Assembly (NCBI GenBank): GCA_051294375.1
Contig: CM119263.1
Span: 15,540,532 to 15,604,531, forward strand
Source: Paraspadella gotoi
Lineage: Eukaryota; Animalia; Chaetognatha
DNA length: 64,000 nt
Direction of reading: 5' to 3'
The notes below the pieces were generated by a model that had not been told where the DNA came from, ran no database searches, and saw nothing but the letters and a program-made list of their open reading frames with translations. A program made the translations under genes and the position numbers. Shown piece after piece: positions 35,901-57,947 of the stretch (positions within the stretch are counted from its first letter, which is position 1; each line of letters starts with the position of its first letter).

Positions 35901-38900
35901 CACAGAAACATTCTTTTGAAAGAGATGCTGGAGTTCAATCTCAAGATGATAAAAGTCCAAAGTTATTTTTAAACACTGAAAATACAGTAATTAGAAATAA
36001 TGTTTTTAGCAAAGAAAAAGAAGAAACAGAATATGATTCTAAAAATATTCTAATTTCCAAAAATAATGAACAAAATGAAAAAAATGATATTTCAAGACTC
36101 TCAATAGAAAAAGAAAAAGACAATTCATCCCAAATTAACTCTTCATTAGATTTAGCTGAAACATTAATATCAAGCAAGATTGTTGAAAAAAAAGGAAAAC
36201 TCTCAAATGAAACTTCTCCCAATTCTAATAAAAAAATATCATCTGCTGGTCATTTAGACCAAGAAACTATACCAATCAAGAAGCAAGTAACAGAAAATGA
36301 GAAACTTTCAAAAAGTGAATTCATTAGGGGGATTGACACTAAATTTATCACTTCATCAGTTAGAAAACAAGATGACAATTTTAATGAATCTAGTATGGAC
36401 ATTAAAGACCAGCCTCAAATACTGTCTTTTGAAAGAGATCTTGGAGTTAAATCTCATGATGTTAAAAGTCCAAAGTTAATTTCAAACTTAGAAAATATAA
36501 AAATTGAAAATAATGTTTCAATTAAAGCAAAAGAAAAAACAAATGATGAGTCTGAAAATCTTAAAGTTTCGAAAACTAAAAAATTTAAAGACACCAAGGA
36601 TATTCCAACACCCTCTCTTGAAAAAGAAGAAGACAATTTATCTCAAATTAATTCTTCTTTGGATTTGACTGAACCATTAATATCAAGCAATATTACCAAA
36701 GATAAAGGAAAATTTCCAAGTGAATCTTCTTTCAATGCTAATCAAATTTTCTTCGTTGGTAATTTAGATAAAAAATCAGTACTGATAATGAGAAACTTTC
36801 AAAGGGAAAATATGTTTTTATAAATGATACTGAAGCTAGAGCTTCAATGGTCAGAAAAAAATCTGACAAATTAGATAAATCTAGTTGGACATTGAAGAAA
36901 TGCCACAAAAAGTTTCTTTTGAAAGAGATGTTGAGTTCAATCTCCAGAAATTAAAAGTCCAAACTTATTTTCAAACCCTAAAAAATATTGAAATTGAAAA
37001 TAATGTTTGTAATGAAGAAAAAGATGAAACAAACAGATGAATCTGAAAATAGTGAATCTTCTCTCAATGCTAATCAAAATTTTTCTCCTGCTGGTAATTT
37101 AGATAAAAAATCAGTACTGATAATGAGAAACTTTCAAAGGGAAAATATGTTATTATAAATGATACGAAGTTAGAGCTTCAATGGTCAGAACAAAAGCTGA
37201 CAAATTAGATAAATCTAGTTGGGACATTGAAGAAATGCCACAAAAAGATTCTTTTGAAAGAGATGTTGGAGTTCAATCTCCAGAAATTAAAAGTCCAAAC
37301 TTATTTTCAAACCCCAAAAATATAGAAATGGAAAATAATGTTTGTAATGAAAAAAAAGATGAAACAAATGATGAATCTGAAAACATTTTAATTTCCAAAA
37401 CTTACAAACCAAAAGAAACAAAGGATATATTGACAGCATCTATTGAAAAAGAAGAAGACAATCTATCTCAAATTAATCCTTCTTTGGATTTGACTGAACC
37501 ATTATTATCAAGCAATATTACCAAAGATAAAGAAAAATTTCCAAGTGAATCTTCTTTCAATGCTAATCAAAATTTTTCTCCTGTTGGTAATTTAGATAAA
37601 AAATCAGTAACTGATAATGAGAAACTTTCAGAGGGAAAATATGTTATTATAAATGATACTGAAGCTAGAACTTCAATGGTCAGAAAAAAATCTGACAAAT
37701 TAGATAAATCTTAGTTGGGACATTGAAGAAATGCCACAAAAAGATTCTTTTGAAAGAGATGTTGAGTTCAATCTCCAGAAATTAAAAGTCCAAACTTATT
37801 TTCAAACCCTAAAAATATAGAAATTGAAAATAATGTTTGTAATAAAGAAAGATGAAACAAACAATGAATCTGAAAATAGTGAATATTCTCTCAATGCTAA
37901 TCAAAATTTTTCTCCTGCTGGAAATTAGATAAAAAATCAGTACCTGATAAATGAGAAACTTTCAGAGGGAAAATATGTTGTTATAAATGATACCGAAGTT
38001 AGAGCTTCAATAGTCAGAAAAAAATCTGACAAATTAAATAAATCTAGTTGGGACATTGAAGAAATGCCACAAAAAGATTCTTTTGAAAGAGATGTTGGAG
38101 TTCAATCTCCAGAAATTAAAAGTCCAAACTTATTTTCAAACCCCAAAAATATAGAAATTGAAAATAATGTTTGTAATGAAAAAAAAGATGAAACAAACAA
38201 TGAATCTGAAAATATTTTAATTTCCAAAACTTACAAACCAAAAGAAACAGCATCTATTGAAAAAGAAAAAGAAAATTCTTCTCAAATTCACCCTTCTCTT
38301 GATTTGGCTGAAACATTGATATCAAGCAAGATAATCAAAGATAAAGGAAACCTGACTGATGAAACTTCTCCTAATGATAATCTAGATTTTTCTTTGGCTA
38401 GTAATTCATATTTAGGAACTGTAACATTCAATAACAATGTTACTGAAAATGAGAAACTCTCAATGAATAAATACATTATTTTAGATAATTCTGAATTTAT
38501 ATCTTCAACAGTAGTGAAACAAGGTGACAAATTAGATAATTCTAATAAGGACATAAAAGAAGGAGAAGGAGATATAACTGATATTGGAGTTCAATCTCAA
38601 GGAATTAAAAGTCCAAAATTATTTTCTAACCCAGAAAATATAAAAATTGGAAATGTTCCCGATAATGGAAAAGAAGAAACAAAAGATGAATTTAAAAATA
38701 TTTCTAAAACTTACAAACAAAAAGAAACAAAAGATATTTTGGTACCCTCAACTGAAAACGAAAAAGACAATTCACTTCTAGTTAACCCTTCTTTAAATTT
38801 GGCTGAAACTTTTAAATCAAGCAAGACTATTGAAGATAAAGAAAAAATCACAAATTTAACAGACAATAAAAAACTTTCAGATGATAAAAATACTATTTTT

Positions 38901-41897
38901 AATTATCCTGATTCAGAATTTATAACTTCATCAGTTGCAAAACAAGAAAAAAGTCTAGATGAACTTGACTTTTCTCAACAGAATAAAGGGTTGTCACAGA
39001 AATCACATAATTTTTCAAAGCCACAAAATGATTCAAAAAACTTCAAATTAACTGAAGCAAACATAGAAAGGTCAGAAAAACAAACAAATACTAACAAAAC
39101 TGATATAGGAAACTGTGATCAAATATTCATAACTTTCGAAAAAGATAAGGAATTAGAAAAAAACAATTTTTCAAAAATATCTGACCCAAAAGAACTTACT
39201 CAGGCAAATAATTTTGATATTAACAGCAAGGAATCTGCTTTGAGCCACTCAGTGGAAAATGCTAACAGAGAAAAAAAATTAAGTAGCTCTGATGAAACAG
39301 TTATGGCGAAACCTTTATACGAGAATTTTGAAAAAAGTAAAGCATGTCAACAATATATAAATGAAAGTTCATCGAATGTTTGTGAAGATACTGCTGTAGG
39401 CCATGAAGCAGATCATTCTGAATTGTCTCCCACTAAAAGTTGTGTACTTGATTCAATAACTGAAAAAGAAACAGAAACAGAATTTTCTAATGGTGAAATA
39501 ACCAAAATTTCATCTGATAATCAACCAGCAGATGAATTTACTGTACCATACTCTGATCAAAAAACCGATTTATCCAAAAAAATGATTGAAAATAGTAGCA
39601 CTCATGATTATGCTGCAGACTGCTTTTTGAAATTTGTAACGAAAGAAACAAAAGCATCAATTTCTAATGATATAATCTTTTCTGAAGGTCCCGAATTTAG
39701 AAAAATATCTACAGATGATCAAATAACAAATGAAAATCAAAATAGTACAATCGATGATATTACATCAGACCAAACATCAACTGAAACAGCATCAACCAAT
39801 AAAGATCACAGAGTACAGAAGTTTGTTGAAAATAATACTGTAGATATGGAAGCTAAATCCATAGATGGTTCAGAGACAATAAAGCACTCTGGGTACACTG
39901 AAGAAAATTCTAAAAAGGAAACAGAATCAGAAAGTATTAATGTTGAAAACTTTTCAAATTTGTCTGGTAAGGAAATAGAAAAAAAATCGAGAGATCATTT
40001 GAAAAAAGAAATGGTAACAAGTCAAAAAACAGATTTATTCTCCAGCCCATCCTATACTGTTGAACTTTATCAACCATCGAGTAATGATGTAACTGAAGAT
40101 TTTCTTGAAGATGGACTTAAGCAAAACATGCAACTTGATTTGGAACTAACAAGTTTTAAAGGTGATGTTTCATTAACATCAAATACAAAAAGTCAAGGAT
40201 CTCCTTTAGATACCGAATTGGTTTTAAATAAATCTCAGGAAATAGTAACAATATCAAATCCTTCTTATTTTTCAGATTCATCTGAAAAGGAAACAGAAAA
40301 AAAACCATTTAATACAAAGAAGCCTGATTTTAGCAAGCATAAAACATTTGAAATTAGTAATTCTGACCAGGATAATAATGAATTGTTAGAAACGCCTTAT
40401 AATGACCGAAACAAAGAAAAACCAGTATCTCAACCTGATCCTAAAGAACAGGAATTACCTGTTGATGAACATAATGAAAAAATAAATATGGCAACCGAAT
40501 CACTAAAATCTGATGATGTAGTCAAACCAAAATATTCAACTGAAGAAATAAACAAAAATTTACCTGATAACAACTTGCCAGGTATTAATAAATATAATAT
40601 ATTGAATTATCCAGAACAAAAAAACAATCAATTAACTGAAATATCTGTTACTGAGGTGATTGAACCAGAATCAAGGATAGATGGCGATGAAAGCAGTGAC
40701 AAGAATCCATCTGCTAAAAATGTAATGCTAAATACAAATTCAGAAAAAAATAATTCTCCTGATGTTGAATCAAAAGGTACTCATGATGCATTTGATATAA
40801 GTGAATCAATTAAAATGCAAGGTTCAGTCAGGGTAGATTTAATGACAAAAACGTCTTTTCCAAATGATATTGACCAAGAATCTATGAAAAAATATGAAAG
40901 TGATATAACAAAGGAGTGTGTGTCGAATCATGATGTAAGTGATCGTGAAACTGATGTTCAAGCAAATGATGATATTGATCTGAAAAGCACCCAGAATTTA
41001 TCTCCAATCGCTGAATCATCTTCATTTTATTCTCAGTTTGTTATATTGAAAACTAAATTTGAACATGAAAAAGATGTTTTAATAACTGAAGAATCTTCTA
41101 ATAGTACTGTTTTAGTTCATGATCATAGTAAACAAATTCATGTCGAGGCTCCTAATAATGGAATAGATGTTTCTGAATGGCATGGAATCATTCCTAATCC
41201 TTTAGAATACGACGTGTCTTCAGAAGCTGCAAGCAATTCCGCCTCTACAGATCTTGAAGAATATGAAATCGTATCTTTTCCCAGTTCTCCCAAAAGGAAT
41301 ATGGAGAATCTCGATTTCATAGAACACATTTCATCTCAGGACTCATTTTCCGATGTTAAAGATGAAAAAAAAGAAGATTTTAATTTTAGAATAAAAATAA
41401 ATAAAGATAAAAAAAGTGTATCTGACAGTTCTCTCAACTCAAGTAAGTACTCATCGAGTGAGATGAACAAACAATTGTCAGAAGAGGGTTTAGATGGATT
41501 GTCAGATTTCTCTTTTGATTCATTTAAGAAAACTGGTTTTGTTAATTCTGCCTTAACCTCAACACCAGCAAAAAGGAATACCAGTATAAAAAGTGAAACA
41601 TCGAGTGATTCAATGCTTTTTGAAACCGCTTTAGATTCACAACTTGAGCTTACCGATGTCCAAGAGGCTAAAACGCAAGATACTCTTGTTGATGAACCGG
41701 AAGAGGAAATATGGATTACAGAAACTTCTGAAATTGTCACTAGTTTTGTGACTGAAACAATAAAGACAGTTAAAGTAGACGAACATGGTCATGAAGTGAT
41801 AGAAGAGAGTGTGAGGATATTAGGACCAGATGGAAAAGAAATAAGTCAGGATCTAGCATCACTGATGAAAACGCCAGTCTTGTCGAGAAAGCAATGA
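30506..41897 (+). CDS. EXD2: EXD2 (exonuclease 3'-5' domain-containing 2) homolog with a degenerate active site and a ~2,900-codon C-terminal exon containing apparent frameshifts
   Basis: N-terminal hydrophobic anchor, then VLAFHCEW (cf. VLGIDCEW), ILADPSVLKVGV, CLDLR, SLKTMAEAVLN, NECQLQRPDGEAICFC...WYVNRGL, CVVCG...IVPKEYRELFP...MCVQC and LQLLWRQNFFDNMNPKLYP (cf. RWRQHFLDSMQPKHLP). Exons at ~30506-31239, 31370-31539, 31689-31845, 32248-32491, 32604-32767, 32988-33103 and 33194-41897. Confidence 0.8.
35900..38950 (+). repeat. Coding tandem repeat of ~500-bp and ~333-bp units within the EXD2 terminal exon
   Basis: The PQKxSFERDxGVQSxxxKSPxLF motif recurs at 35900, 36413, 36903, 37238, 37734 and 38067, with a degenerate copy at ~38580. 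Confidence 0.9.
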
Positions 41898-43162
41898 CTG
41901 AATAAAATTGATACTATAAATGGCGTTAATGGGGTATTCGTCAAATAAACTGTTCCCCTTTGGGAAAAAGTGATAATTGTAGTAGATTTAGCTATTGCTA
42001 TAATTGTGCTTCATTCTATTAATTTGTTTTCAACATATTGCGTGAAGTTATTTTGTTCAAGCTATTTTCTTAGCTTTTATTGTTATCAATAAAAATATTT
42101 TTTGAAAACTTTCTCTTTTACAAAGTAATTGCAATGAAGGTAACAGCTTAAAAGAAAGTCGATAAATTTCTTATAAAGAATATTTAATTTCTAAGGGAGA
42201 CCTGAGTTTCACTTAGTGTTAGTGTTACAATTAAACTAAAAACTCGTGAAAGAAAAACCATCTAGTTGTACCAACATTTTTCAGTATTAAAACATTCATA
42301 TATTTAATATTCGTTATACAACTACATATTTACGTAGTATTCAGACCCACCTGTTTTATGAAAATATTTTGAATGTTTATTCCCTATTTCCGAGATGTTA
42401 CTTTTAAATTATGTCAGTATTATTCTCCTTAAAAAGTGGCTCATTTCATCGCAGATACATTACTCAGTAATGAGACAAGAAATATACTTAGGTTTAGCTT
42501 TCCAAAACTCGGCTAAGTTTTTACATACAATTCAAACGTGAATGAAAAATAAAAAACACGCAAAGTCCATCTTGATTTCTTTAGAGGTTAAAGAGCATTC
42601 CAATTGTTGAGTTGTACTAATTAATATATTAATTTTTTGTGAAGGATCCGGATACGCCATGATTTTTCAAAAGCACATCATCATATATGTATAAAAGATG
42701 GAAAATTTATAAGCTGAGAATTTGAAAGCTTGCCGCCCCAATGCTCATCTTTTTGACAGTGACATCTCTTAAAGTATAAAATTTGAAAAATGTCTAAGAC
42801 TCTAAGCTGAGAATATGAAATGTCCAATGCATTAAAAAAAAATAATGCTGGGATACTTGAGAGTCGAATCTTTCTTCATTCCACAGATTTATGGACGGAG
42901 ACTGAGGGCAGAAAACCGTCGATAAGCGGAGAGGCTTCCACTGTTGAAGCGGGTGAAGGATGCGGAAAAGCCCTTCGATTCTTTGACGAGTCATTAGCGG
43001 GAACAGCTGTCTTTAGTCCTACGAATTTGCCTCTAAGTGAATAAGGAAAAAATATCAAATTTCTTTAATATTTTTTTTTCTCTTTCCCATTCTCTTTGAA
43101 CAACCTCCAACAAGCGTCGAGAATTTGTCGCTGGGGTTGAAACTTCGTCGTTGGAATTCCGT

Positions 43163-46065
43163 TTACGGCCAGATTTGAATCGTCGTCGTCTTCGTCGTCG
43201 TCTTTGCTCGGATTATAGTCGTCGTCATCGTCGTTCTCTTCGTCGCTGGAGATGTGAAGAGGAGGTGGCTGTCGTGAAGAAAGAGAAGCAAATGATTTAA
43301 CTGTCCATCATAATCATGCATTGACAAATAATCAGATCGGCGCACTAGAATCGGTCCACCCCTTTTCGCCAAGGTCCTCATCTCATGAACCACAGAGCCT
43401 CTGAGGATTTTGGTGGAGTCATAACCGACCGCAGCGCCTCCAGCCTGTCGCGCACCCTTCGCCAAAGAAGGTGAGCCAGCCTGCAATGTAATGTGACCTT
43501 ATATTTGTTGCAAAAGTTAAAGATTTTTGAAAGGAAGAAAGTCTTATAATTAAAAATAAAAAAAACCTGTCGCATTCTCAGCGCCTCCTTATGCAGCCGA
43601 ACCGTCAACTCTCTAAGACGCCAATTCTCCCTCGACGAAAGGCGTTCCCTCTGCGTCGGGCAGTGTACGCCACAGACGCCGCCGAAGCCGCCACCGATCT
43701 TGGCACGGTGGGTGCGGTTGGCGGTCGGCGGCGGCGCCAAATCTCGATGGAGCGTGACGTCGCTAGACTCCGCGACTGGGGAGTCGAGCGGCGGCTTTGC
43801 AGCGAGCATGGGGTTAGAATTTCGATGCGAAGTTTTGGCTATGGTGACGTCGCAGATTGCCGATCGTCTTGGAGCTGTAAATTTACTCAGTAGTATTAAA
43901 GTAAGTAAAAGAATGAAATAAATAGCATTCCTTCCCTCACCCGACTTTCCATTTCCGACGCCGAGTGGTTTAACGACGGTGAGCAGAGGCAGCGCCTTCG
44001 ACGAAAATTCTGAGCCCCTCCGGCGGCTGGATTCGCTCGTCCACTTGAAGGAATCGTTGGTTGTGGAGTTTTCGGCGATGGAATCTCTCTTCAACTTGAG
44101 GGAGTTGATGGAGTCGCGCGAGTTTCGTGGCAAAGAATTTCGAAATCGCATCCAGTTTCTCCTCTCGGAGTCGAAGTCTGCGACGAATAGCAGAGGGTCG
44201 TGAGTTCGAATCGCCTCGTCCAGCGGATCCTCCTCCTCTTCCCACTCCCCTCCTCTTCCTCCTCTCCCGCCACGGCTTCTCTTTATCTTGATCGCCGGTG
44301 GCGTCATGGGTGGTTGATCGCTCCCCTCTGTTTCGTCGTCGCCGTCGTCGCCATCGTCGACGCCGGATGTTATTTCTCGACGACTGAAGAGGTTTTGATG
44401 ATTTTAAATTTTAATGTTAGCTCACGAATTTGACAAGAACGTACATTCTCGAAATAATATTTTTTCCTTAAACAACCACATTTCTTGCGTCAAAACTTAC
44501 TATCGCGGCCCTCGACTCCAATCAAAAGCGTCGGCGTCGTCGAAGATACCGCCACGCCTCCGACCGCGGAGAATCCGCCGTAACTTGGCGCTGCATTGGG
44601 CAAGGTCGACGCAGACTGCCGACCCCGGCGCAGCGGAGGTGGTGGCGCTTGGAGCACCAAGACGTAGAAAGTGGAGACGCGAAGAAGTGGGAGGCGTAGC
44701 GCACGTTATAGGTTCGAAGTAGACGCTTCCGCCGTAGCCCGACCAGGCCTTCAATGGAGGCATAGGTACCGGGCTCGTCTGAACGTCGAAACGATTATGG
44801 CTTTGATTTTGATTATTCATTTACATATACGTATACAATACAATACTTTTCATCCCTCCGCTAAAACTTTAGCAACCTGCTGAACGTAAAATACGCTCTT
44901 GTAAGCGCTGATGGGTAATTGAGGATCTTGTATGGCGCTGCTTAATGTCTGGGCAGGCTTAACCGGAAATCGAGCGGCGAGGGCGGCACCGAAGGCGGGA
45001 GACTGGCTCGTGCATCGCGCCGTCATCAGGTGACAGGCCTAGTAGGCGTTGGAAAGATTTACTGACGACCGAACACTTTATTTATCTTCTGGGGCCCAAT
45101 GACCCAACCTGCTTGAATAGCTCGTTCTCGTCGGTCCCCTTGGCGGTGCCACCTCGTTGCATTCCCTCAGAATTCCCCGCCACTTCGCCTTCCACGCAGA
45201 GAGGCGAGGCACTGAAGTTTTCTACCAAGCCGCGCCCTTCCACTTCTGGTTGTGTCGGCGTTGGAGGAGGATCCTCAATGGCGACGTCACCGCGCGAAGT
45301 GGTGCTAATAACGACGCCCAGGCCTAAAGTATTCGTAGCAACAGGTTGCGAAGAAAGGATTTGAAAAATGAAATTATTATGAAAAAAAAACAAAAAGATT
45401 TAAAAATTCGATAATCTAAAGCTAATTATAAGTTTTTCATGAATAAGTTTTCGAAAAACCTGAAAGGATAAAACATTTTTTTTAAATTCGCTATAATTAT
45501 TAATTACGCTGCCTGCACCTTTCACAGGTTAGTTAGTATTTAAAAAAAAGATTCTTTGTGGAAAAAAGTGTTTTTGTTTTTTTTTGCTAAAATTGAATTG
45601 AATTGAAAAAAAAATACAAATTTGTATCATACTTCTTCAAGTTTTATTTTTTTGTATTCAAATAATATGGTTAATAATCTGGTGGCCAAGAGCCGAAAAA
45701 TAATCAAATAAAAGACCCGAAAAAAAAAAAATCAATTAAAAATACAAACCGTCAATTTTCTCTCGATGTTCGCGTTTCTCTTCGTCCAAAACCATCCAGG
45801 AAACTCTCTTTTCCAACTCGGACGGTAAGGCGCCCGTTCCGCAGCCAGCGGCGCTCGCCCTCCTCAAGTCGTCGGCGGATCGCCGTTTGAGGTCGACCTC
45901 GATGCCGCCCGCAACGCCCGCGACTCCCGAATTACGGGAGATGGGATTATGCGAGTTGCTCTTTTGTCTTAAGGGCATTTTGTTTCTGTTTCGTCGTTGA
46001 CCTTCGGCGTCTCTGTTGGCGCGTTCGTCGTTCGTTCCGTCGGAACGAAGCTTCGGTGAACTCAT
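43163..46065 (-). CDS. Orphan multi-exon protein of unknown function; 3' end uncertain
   Basis: ATG at 46065. Phase-compatible exons at ~46065-45750, 45323-45108, 45038-44877, 44778-44501, 44384-43940, 43874-43567 and 43480-43163 (for example ...KIDG|LGVVIST, ...SRGPRY|RREITSG...MTPPAIK). GC-rich, exon-like composition. Confidence 0.55.
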
Positions 46066-48216
46066 GATTAGATTTGTTTTGTTTGTTTTTGTTTGTTTTC
46101 TCTTTTTAGCTACTTTATTTACGCGTAATAATAGGTAATTTATATTTTTATTATCTTGTTTTTGTCCAAGTCACTTTTGTTTCTTACGTAAAAAGCGTTA
46201 TAATTCTTTTTAGGTTTTTTGGGTTTCTTTAGTTTTCTTGCTAATCAAGAAAATATAGTTTATTCGAGGGTAAAAGCAACAAAGAGGATTTTTTATGTTT
46301 TTATCATCGACGATCGCTTGATTTTTTTTTTCGTTGACATTTGCCAGAATCGAGACATCCGAGTTGATGAGGCGATGTCAAAGAAAAACCATAAGTCTGA
46401 TCCGAGTCTCGTGCGAATATGAAAGTAGCGTGTAGTAGTCGCGGAGATTTTTTTTTGCGGCCGATCGCTCGAACCGGTAAAGTTCGTCCCCGGGAGTCGC
46501 TTCATTGCCGAACCGCTGACCGATGATCATGGAACATTGGTTAGTTTCATTAGGAAAAGTCGTCGTTCTCATCGTCGTTATAGGGTTTCATCTCTGACGA
46601 AGTCAACTCTTTAGCCTCGTTCCACCTTGTTAGATTTTTAGACTGGGGACGAAGCCAAAGAAAGGAAAAAAGGAAAAAGACCTGATTGCCCTTGTTTGAC
46701 CACTTTTAACCACTAAAATCATTGAAATAATTATGAATTGTTCTTTTCTAAACTTTCTCACGAAATAATGAAGGACTAACCGGTTTCTCTAATTATATTA
46801 TTTTCAATAATACAATTGTCAAAACAAATCGTAAGCGAGACTAAGAAAAAAAATCACTTCATTTAAACTTTTTTTGGTATATATCACATTTTTGTGAAAT
46901 ATGTGTCGCCTACATTAAAAAATGTTTATTTTGTCAATGTTGTAGTGATGAAAAAAACGAAAACTTAAAACTTGAAAGTACAACAACGACATTATATATG
47001 TACAATTTTGAGATCATTGGAAAACTGGATTTTCGAAGCAAAAAGATTTGCTTGGAATAAATAAGAACGTCAGGATAGTGACAAAGTCATTGGTAATGCT
47101 CATGGAAAGTATGATGGCAGGATTATGTACGCAATAGTTAGGATTTTGATATGGTTTGCAGCTTGGATAACAGCAAGAATTTATATTACCTAATACATAA
47201 TTTATATTTAATCTCCATTATGCCATTACGCAGGTAAACGTAATTAGCGGCAACGTTTTATTGGGTTACAAACTTACAATATTTTAGTGGATTTGAAAGC
47301 TGCAAAAATACTATTAGTTAGAGAAAGTGAAAGAAGTTCACATTAAGAATAAGAATAACAAAACTTAAGCAAGACAACGAGACTGGATGACGAATCTCCG
47401 AAAATGTCGGATTAAATAAAAATACCAATAACAGGGGATATAGAGAGAGATCGGTGGCAAATTTCGTGTTTGATGTCAAAAGGGAACAAGTTGCGTGTTC
47501 AAACGAGACGGTGCAAAAATTATCACAAGGCAGTTTTCAATATTAGTAGGTAAACCTGCTGCATTGATGCTTTAACTGGCAAGTGTATAGTTAGTTACTT
47601 GAAATGGAGTTAAATTGTACATGGGTTGAAAAATGATCGAAGTTAATGGTACAACTCAATGTAAATTGTTATCTTAGTTCTAAATATTGACACCTTTAAA
47701 AGGCTCTTGGTGTAACAAAGCTTAAAAATAATTGTAAACATAAGTTAAAAACACAAATAAATACCACTTTTTATTGTTTTATTGTTAAAAAAATGATTTC
47801 ACTGAGAACAGATAACAATAGCTCTCTCTCTCTCTCAAAAAAAAAATAAAATAACCACCAAGCATAAAATTTACGCAGCGACCATTTTTGCATCCATTGT
47901 ACGTCGCACTTGATTACTTTCAGAGACTGACCAATGTAAATAAATCTTATGATGGGAAGGCATTGAGATTCTTATCTACTTTAGGTAATACTAAGAATTA
48001 TGTATTTATTTTCGTATTAATATTTCAAGTTAATGCTGGTTTCAAAGGTCACCTCGAATCAGAGTAATTCCGACCAATTCTTGATCCTGAGAACTACAAA
48101 ACGGTGCTGCCACAAGAAACAGCAAAGCAAAAAGTTATAAAAGCGGCACCGAGCGAAATTGCACCATTTCTTTTTATTCGAATGAATGAGTAATTTACTC
48201 TCCCACTTCCGGATTT

Positions 48217-55988
<7,772 letters not shown>

Positions 55989-57837
55989 CGTCGAGTTTGT
56001 GAGGGGCGGGCGCTTGACTGAGTTGACCTTGGGCGCGATTCGGAAAGGCGCGAGAGCGAAGATTTTTCGGTTGAGAGGAGACGGACCGACGATTTCTCCT
56101 TTTATTCGCTTTCTCTTCTTTCTTTTTCCTCGCTTCTTTTTTTCTTTTATTGCTTTCCTCTCACGTCTTCCTTAATTCCTTCAACTTTCTTCCTTAACTC
56201 TTCCTTTCCTCTTTCCAAGAATTGTCGAAAAAAAAAAATTTATAAAATTTATAGACAAAAAGAGTATTTTTTTTAAAAGTAACCAATGATTTGATTAGTC
56301 CTAGTGGCGATTAACTCGTGATTATTTTTTTTTAGCTTTTTTTGATTTTTGATTTGCGAATTTCGTTTCCTTTTCAGAGTCGCGGACGGAAGAAACGTCA
56401 ATCTCTTCCCTGAAAGGAGGAAAGAAAATATGAATATTAAATAGGAAGATCCGTGAAAGAAACCGGAAGGACGATACAGTGAAAGGCGAAACAGGAAGGA
56501 AAGAAACAGTGAGCAAAACGGGTTGAGGGAAGCCTCTTACTTTTTCTCTCTCTACTTCACTACAGATCGTTTCCGTTCTCCTCTCTTTGTCCTTTCCTTC
56601 CTCCTTTAAGCCTCCTCACAAACTCGCTTATGAAGGGCAAAAATCTTTTTTCGTCTATATTCGTCTTTCTCCATTATTTGCTTTTTATTTTTAGTTTGCT
56701 TTTTATCTTTTTCTTTTATCTTTTATATTCTTTTCTCGGTGTCCTCAGCACTTTCTTGTCGCATTTTTTTAACAATTTTTCTTTTCTTCTTTTCCTCTGA
56801 TTTTGAACTTATTTCTTTCTCTTCCCCTTCATTTTTTTCAATATTTTCCTCCTCACAGTAAAACTCCGGGCTTCCCTCCCCAATTCTTTTATTGGCCTCT
56901 TCGTTTCCTTTCCTTTTTTTCCCTTCCACTTCCTTCCACTTCCTTTCATTTTTTCCCTTTTCTTCTGACACATTAATTCTCGATGTTGCACATGGAACGA
57001 TTTGTTTTCGCCACCGGAATTGATTTTCTTTCTTTCCGCCTCTTTTCCCCCTTTTATTTTCGGCGGAGCCTTTTCTTCTCGTTTTGAGGCGAGACTGCCC
57101 TTAGAAATCTTAGAAATCTAAACATATGGCGTTAGAAGACGGCAAAATAGAGAGATTAACTCATCGATGGCAGATCATTAAAAACTTTCAGTGCGTCTGT
57201 ACTTAATGACAGAGATAATTGCAAAATTTATCAGCTCCTTTTTCTAATTTCTAAATTGTACGCGATCTAACAGACTAATAATAACTTGTCCGGCCCACAT
57301 ATAGTCAAAATTTAAGTGCAAAAATATTTGAAAAATGATGACCTAAATCCCGGCGACCCCGTCGACATTCATTTTTCATAACCTTCTTCCCGTCCGTCAA
57401 ACTTACCCCGTTCCGAACTGGCAAAGTCGTGAACATTAGCTTGTAAACGGTTCCTAATTTTTTTGTGTATATTTGGGTGTCGTATATTTGTTATAATTGA
57501 AGTATTATAGAAATAATTAGAGAGTATAGGAATGGTGTTAGAGAAAGAGTGAGATAGAGAGTGGGAGAAAGATAGACAGAGTAAGTAACCGAAAGAGCTT
57601 CTTCTTTCCATCGCGTTTAACAAGGTTCTTCGCGAACCGGTGAAGGAAGCGACTCAAGCCCTTTTTTTACCCTCGAATTCTTATATTAGAAAAAAAAAGC
57701 ACTTTTTTTCGTCCAAGTTTTTGAAGGCTGTTATTTAGAAATGCTGGTAACATATAAGAAGTTTGCACTGATGGTTATAACAGGATGCTTATAAAAAAAT
57801 TGTGACTAAGCGCGCATTCTTTTTAGGGCTCGATACG

Positions 57838-57947
<110 letters not shown>

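Noticed and set aside
38355-39300. Additional CTGATGA heptamers (38355, 39288, 48873)
   Set aside because: No stem II plus GAAAC...GTC arrangement. They fall in coding sequence or at a splice junction.
56530-56971. Lys/Glu-rich minus-strand frame interrupted by TAA/TAG, suggesting stop-codon reassignment or an ATPase N-terminal extension
   Set aside because: Conserved genes here end in TAA and TGA as normal. A purine-rich 5' UTR explains the pattern.
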